NCBI GenBank assembly: GCA_963663475.2
Contig: CAXXJV010000001.1
Span: forward strand, 1,408,001-1,472,000
Length of the DNA: 64,000 nucleotides
Reading direction: 5' to 3'
From: Candidatus Cloacimonadales bacterium
Lineage (GTDB): Bacteria > Cloacimonadota > Cloacimonadia > Cloacimonadales > JAFGVF01
Position numbers and translations under genes: made by a program. The notes beneath the pieces were generated by a model, which was given only the letters and a program-made list of their open reading frames with translations, searched no databases and was not told the origin of the DNA. Positions 60,351 through 64,000 of this stretch are shown here, piece by piece (within the stretch, counting starts at the first letter, position 1; every line of letters starts with the position of its first letter).

Positions 60351-63300
60351 TCATTTGTATGATTTCAGAAAGGATATATCTTCTTTTGACAACTTGTATA
60401 ATTGATTAATTTTAATATCAATTTCATTTTTGATTGTCATATTTTCATACTTACTTGCTAATGCATTAATATTCTGGGTAATTTCATTGATAATGCTCAT
60501 CGGTGCTTTATATACTGGCAATTTAACTAATGCATGTTTATTGTATTGGTATCCATTTACTCCTAGTTCAATACTGGAATATAATCTTTTGTATGCAAAT
60601 TGAAAAAGTCTTGAGTTAAGTGTCCCAAGTAAATATTCAGGATTTTCAGCTATTATCATGAAACAAGTTTTATCTATCATAAACTTATTATCATCTAATG
60701 CAAATTCAGCTTGCTGTACAGTCTCAGGATATATAATTTTCTGTCTATTAAATTCCTCCCAATAATTTGCACCCCACCTCTGCAAAGCGTACCATTCATA
60801 ACGTATTCCAGTCTCAGATTTGTTTCTATTAGATAGTTGTTCTTTGTAACTTAGTAAATGTCCATAAATAGCTGGATATTGCTCTTGAAAAGCTTGCTCA
60901 GCTATTGGAGAAGCTCCTTTTATATTTGGATCATTTTGTAGAGGAAAATGCCATGGTACATAGATCAACCACAAGTCCGCAAATTCAGCTCTATATCTTT
61001 TAATATCCCTGCCACGTAAAATAGGTCGTATAATTTCAGCAGATTTTGGGTCTTGTCTGATGAGTTCATCTTTCTTAGCTCCACTAATAATAAAGGCTTC
61101 ATTAAATCCTGTTAGAATTCCTCTATTAATGTTTACATCCCAATCTTTGAGGGGAGTACCTATTCTTTCAATTTTTTCTTTGATTCTCATTTCTTCTTGA
61201 GAAGAGATGATAAGGCTTTCTTTACTAAAATTATTGATTACTACAGTGTTTTCAACAAAATAATTGGATAGGTTGCTGTCTTTTAAATAATCTGATCCAA
61301 TAGTACAGGCTTGTAAATAGTGTTTATGGGTAATTTTCTTCTGAGAAAGCAAAATATTGGTATCAACTGTAGCAGAATCAAATACTTTGAAACCTCCAAA
61401 ATCTATTAGTTTAATTGGGTTAGTGTATTTCGCAAAATAATCGCGTAATTTCTCTCCATATTTCGCTCTCATCCATTTATTAGATGTTATGAAGCATAAT
61501 AAACCATATTCTGATAGTATTTGAACTCCTCTTTCATAAAAAATACAATATAGGTCTCCTGTTTTAGCAAAGGAGAGATATTTTTGATTTTCATAGGTTT
61601 CTTGAATTTTCTGACCTGATAGAGTTTGAATTTGAACATACGGTGGATTCCCAATCACAATATCAAAACCTCCATTTTCTTTAAAGACATCAGCGAAGTA
61701 GAGATGCCAGGGGAAGAAGGGTCTAATTTTATCTTTTTTAGTAAACTCGTGAAGTTGAGCTTCAAGTTCTTGGTAGTCAAACTTATATTTTTTCTTTAAC
61801 TGAGCACTTTCTGCTTGGATGTAAGCTTCTCTTTGTTCATGAGTAGGCAGTTGATTTGCAGTGGATATCATCTGATTATAGGCTTGGAAGTATTCTTCTT
61901 TGTCATTCTCAATGCGAGTTTTAAAGATTTTGACGATAGTATCTTCAATTTCATTGCGTAGGGATACTTTTTGGTTTTTATCATTTTCTTTGTAAAGTTT
62001 TTCTTGGAGGTAGTGAAGCTGATCAATCATCTGGTCTTCTTCTAAGAGTAAGGAGTTTTTATTTAATTGTGTAGCCAACTTCTTTTTATCGTTAGTTAGT
62101 GTTTTTTTCTGTTTTTCCAGAGCTTTAATTTGGTCTAAGAAGTCTTGATTTTGGACTGAAGTTTCAGTAAATTCTGCAAAGAACTTCTTTTGAATCATTT
62201 CTACTTGCTGGTTGATATCTGCGATTTTGTTTGTAATTTCTTCATCTTTTTTCTCAAGATCGGAGTACTTTGTTCTTACTTGATTAATATTGATATCCCC
62301 AAATGATTCAATGAGGGAGTTACCTTGCATGAACTTATAATCGAAGTTGGGGAGAGCTTCAGGTATTTCAGCATCAACCACAAGTGATAGCCAGAAACGG
62401 ATTTTAGCAATTTCGATAGCACCATTATCAATATCTACACCATAAATACATTTTTGAATTGTTTCTTTTTTAAGTTTATAGAGGCTAACATGTTCATTGA
62501 GAAATTGATCTTTAATGTAGGAACGAATAGAGACAATCTCGTGGAGGATTCCCATTGGGAAGGCACCTGAGCCAACAGCAGGGTCTGCAATCTTAATATT
62601 AACAAGTAGCTTGTTTACTTCTTCTACAATATCATAGAGTTCATCGAATTGCTTTTCAAATTCTTTTTCCTGTTCATCGTTAGCAAAGTCACCCTTGTTT
62701 AGATAGAGATCTTTATATTCAAAGAGGTGGTCTAGTTTCTCTTCGATATTTTCTTTATCCTGTAGTTTAGTAATCAAGAACTGTTTCAGACTTTCTCTTG
62801 TCATATAATTAACTATTTCTCGTGGAGTATAGAAAGCACCTTTACCTTTTCGGTTTATATCATCTAGTAAATTTTCAAAGACTTTACCCAGCATTTCCGG
62901 GTCGATGGCAATATCTTGTTCAAAGTAAGTATTTTCATCTATGGTGAAGTTATATTGATCAAAGATATCGAGAATACCTGTATTCTTATCATTGGAGAAA
63001 AGCTCATTACTTGGAGCAAAAATAATAGTCTCATCATATTCATAAGGGCATTCAAAGAGACCACCATTTAGATAAGGTATTTTTAAAAAAGCATCATTAA
63101 ATTTAAAGGAATCACCTACTTGGTTTAAACCTTCATAGAAGAGTTTTTCTAAGAACTTATCGAAATAATTATATCCCTCTTTTTGGCATTTTTTAAAACC
63201 CCAACGGAGGAAGTCTTGTCTGCCGTCTGTCCAATCATTGGTATTGCTAGGGTCTCCACCTAACCATCTTTTCTTTTGGAGGAAGTAAAGGAAGGTAATC

Positions 63301-63962
63301 TGACCTAATAATTTACGGGCAAAGATATCAGAGTTAAAGCCTTCGGTTTTAGACATTACTATTTTGAAGTTGTTAGACTTTTCAAACTCATTTATTACTA
63401 AATCATAGAGTTCTTTATATTTATTAAAGAACTCTTTGGTAACTGGTTCAACAGCAAATCTACCCACTAAATCAGCAAAATCTTTTATTTTTGCTGTTCC
63501 GTTTATCTGTTTAGCTTTTACTAATTTATCAAAGAGTGTTCCTAGTTTAGCTTCATTTCCCAAGAGATAGGAATAACGTCTGGGATTTGAGAAAAATTTC
63601 TTAGTCTTTTTATTATCTAATTCTAAATCTATTGTTATCAAGGATAGTCTATAGTTGGCTAAATTAGCTGATGTAAAGAAAACTATGGCTCTATTCTTAT
63701 TGAAAGTAGCTAATATTTTGAAGGCATCACGGGAGATAGTAACACGAGGGTCATTTTCAGAATCATGATGCATCTCAAAAACAGCTAAATCTAAGACTTT
63801 TGAACTTCCTAATAAAGTAACTTGATTTATCTTATTAGCTTTGAAAGATAATTGATCAGTTACATCTTGGATATCTATTTCAAAATCATCTGGTAATAAA
63901 TATGTTTTTAAAAAATCTAAATATTTATCTCTATTGTATTTTTCACTGAATAATGAAATCAT
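60351..63962 (-). CDS. Eco57I-like type IIG restriction-modification enzyme (amino-methyltransferase with C-terminal TRDs)
   Basis: YLNGGLF, GAFYTPREIV, DPAVGSGAF (motif I), GNPPY (motif IV), TaqI_C-like tail. Confidence 0.9.
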   Translation of the reverse strand: MISLFSEKYNRDKYLDFLKTYLLPDDFEIDIQDVTDQLSFKANKINQVTLLGSSKVLDLAVFEMHHDSENDPRVTISRDAFKILATFNKNRAIVFFTSANLANYRLSLITIDLELDNKKTKKFFSNPRRYSYLLGNEAKLGTLFDKLVKAKQINGTAKIKDFADLVGRFAVEPVTKEFFNKYKELYDLVINEFEKSNNFKIVMSKTEGFNSDIFARKLLGQITFLYFLQKKRWLGGDPSNTNDWTDGRQDFLRWGFKKCQKEGYNYFDKFLEKLFYEGLNQVGDSFKFNDAFLKIPYLNGGLFECPYEYDETIIFAPSNELFSNDKNTGILDIFDQYNFTIDENTYFEQDIAIDPEMLGKVFENLLDDINRKGKGAFYTPREIVNYMTRESLKQFLITKLQDKENIEEKLDHLFEYKDLYLNKGDFANDEQEKEFEKQFDELYDIVEEVNKLLVNIKIADPAVGSGAFPMGILHEIVSIRSYIKDQFLNEHVSLYKLKKETIQKCIYGVDIDNGAIEIAKIRFWLSLVVDAEIPEALPNFDYKFMQGNSLIESFGDININQVRTKYSDLEKKDEEITNKIADINQQVEMIQKKFFAEFTETSVQNQDFLDQIKALEKQKKTLTNDKKKLATQLNKNSLLLEEDQMIDQLHYLQEKLYKENDKNQKVSLRNEIEDTIVKIFKTRIENDKEEYFQAYNQMISTANQLPTHEQREAYIQAESAQLKKKYKFDYQELEAQLHEFTKKDKIRPFFPWHLYFADVFKENGGFDIVIGNPPYVQIQTLSGQKIQETYENQKYLSFAKTGDLYCIFYERGVQILSEYGLLCFITSNKWMRAKYGEKLRDYFAKYTNPIKLIDFGGFKVFDSATVDTNILLSQKKITHKHYLQACTIGSDYLKDSNLSNYFVENTVVINNFSKESLIISSQEEMRIKEKIERIGTPLKDWDVNINRGILTGFNEAFIISGAKKDELIRQDPKSAEIIRPILRGRDIKRYRAEFADLWLIYVPWHFPLQNDPNIKGASPIAEQAFQEQYPAIYGHLLSYKEQLSNRNKSETGIRYEWYALQRWGANYWEEFNRQKIIYPETVQQAEFALDDNKFMIDKTCFMIIAENPEYLLGTLNSRLFQFAYKRLYSSIELGVNGYQYNKHALVKLPVYKAPMSIINEITQNINALASKYENMTIKNEIDIKINQLYKLSKEDISFLKSYK

Positions 63963-64000
63963 TTTTTCTCCTTATAGGGTAAATTAATTCTTGAATTAGT

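Noticed and set aside
58053-61027. Diversity-generating retroelement template/variable repeat pair
   Set aside because: The repeats are inverted and identical, with no adenine-specific mismatches and no reverse transcriptase

Overview
A 64 kb AT-rich bacterial chromosome segment. It probably comes from Cloacimonadota/FCB group (inferred from the FlgD-Ig/T9SS-like C-terminal domains on secreted proteins and the anaerobic gene set). It contains dnaA with a DnaA-box cluster (probable oriC), the hrcA-grpE-dnaK-dnaJ-rsmE operon with variant CIRCE sites, a CIRCE-preceded groES-trxA pair with no groEL, rex plus an iron-containing ADH, a cobalamin riboswitch ahead of a large secreted repeat protein, lon, class II RNR, and a transcarboxylase-like operon with two tandem biotin domains. 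The intergenic DNA holds several repeat families: a ~165 bp MITE, REP/REPIN-like arms around a Y1 transposase, a 30 bp micro-insertion and GC-rich tandem units. The most striking feature is at 57.3-64 kb. An Eco57I-like type IIG restriction-modification gene faces a silent, oppositely oriented alternative C-terminal specificity cassette. The two share two nested perfect inverted repeats (64 bp and 30 bp) and lie next to an Mpi-family serine invertase. This looks like a four-state specificity shufflon, and one silent module is currently interrupted by an IS3 element. All product calls come from motif recognition only; no database searches were run.
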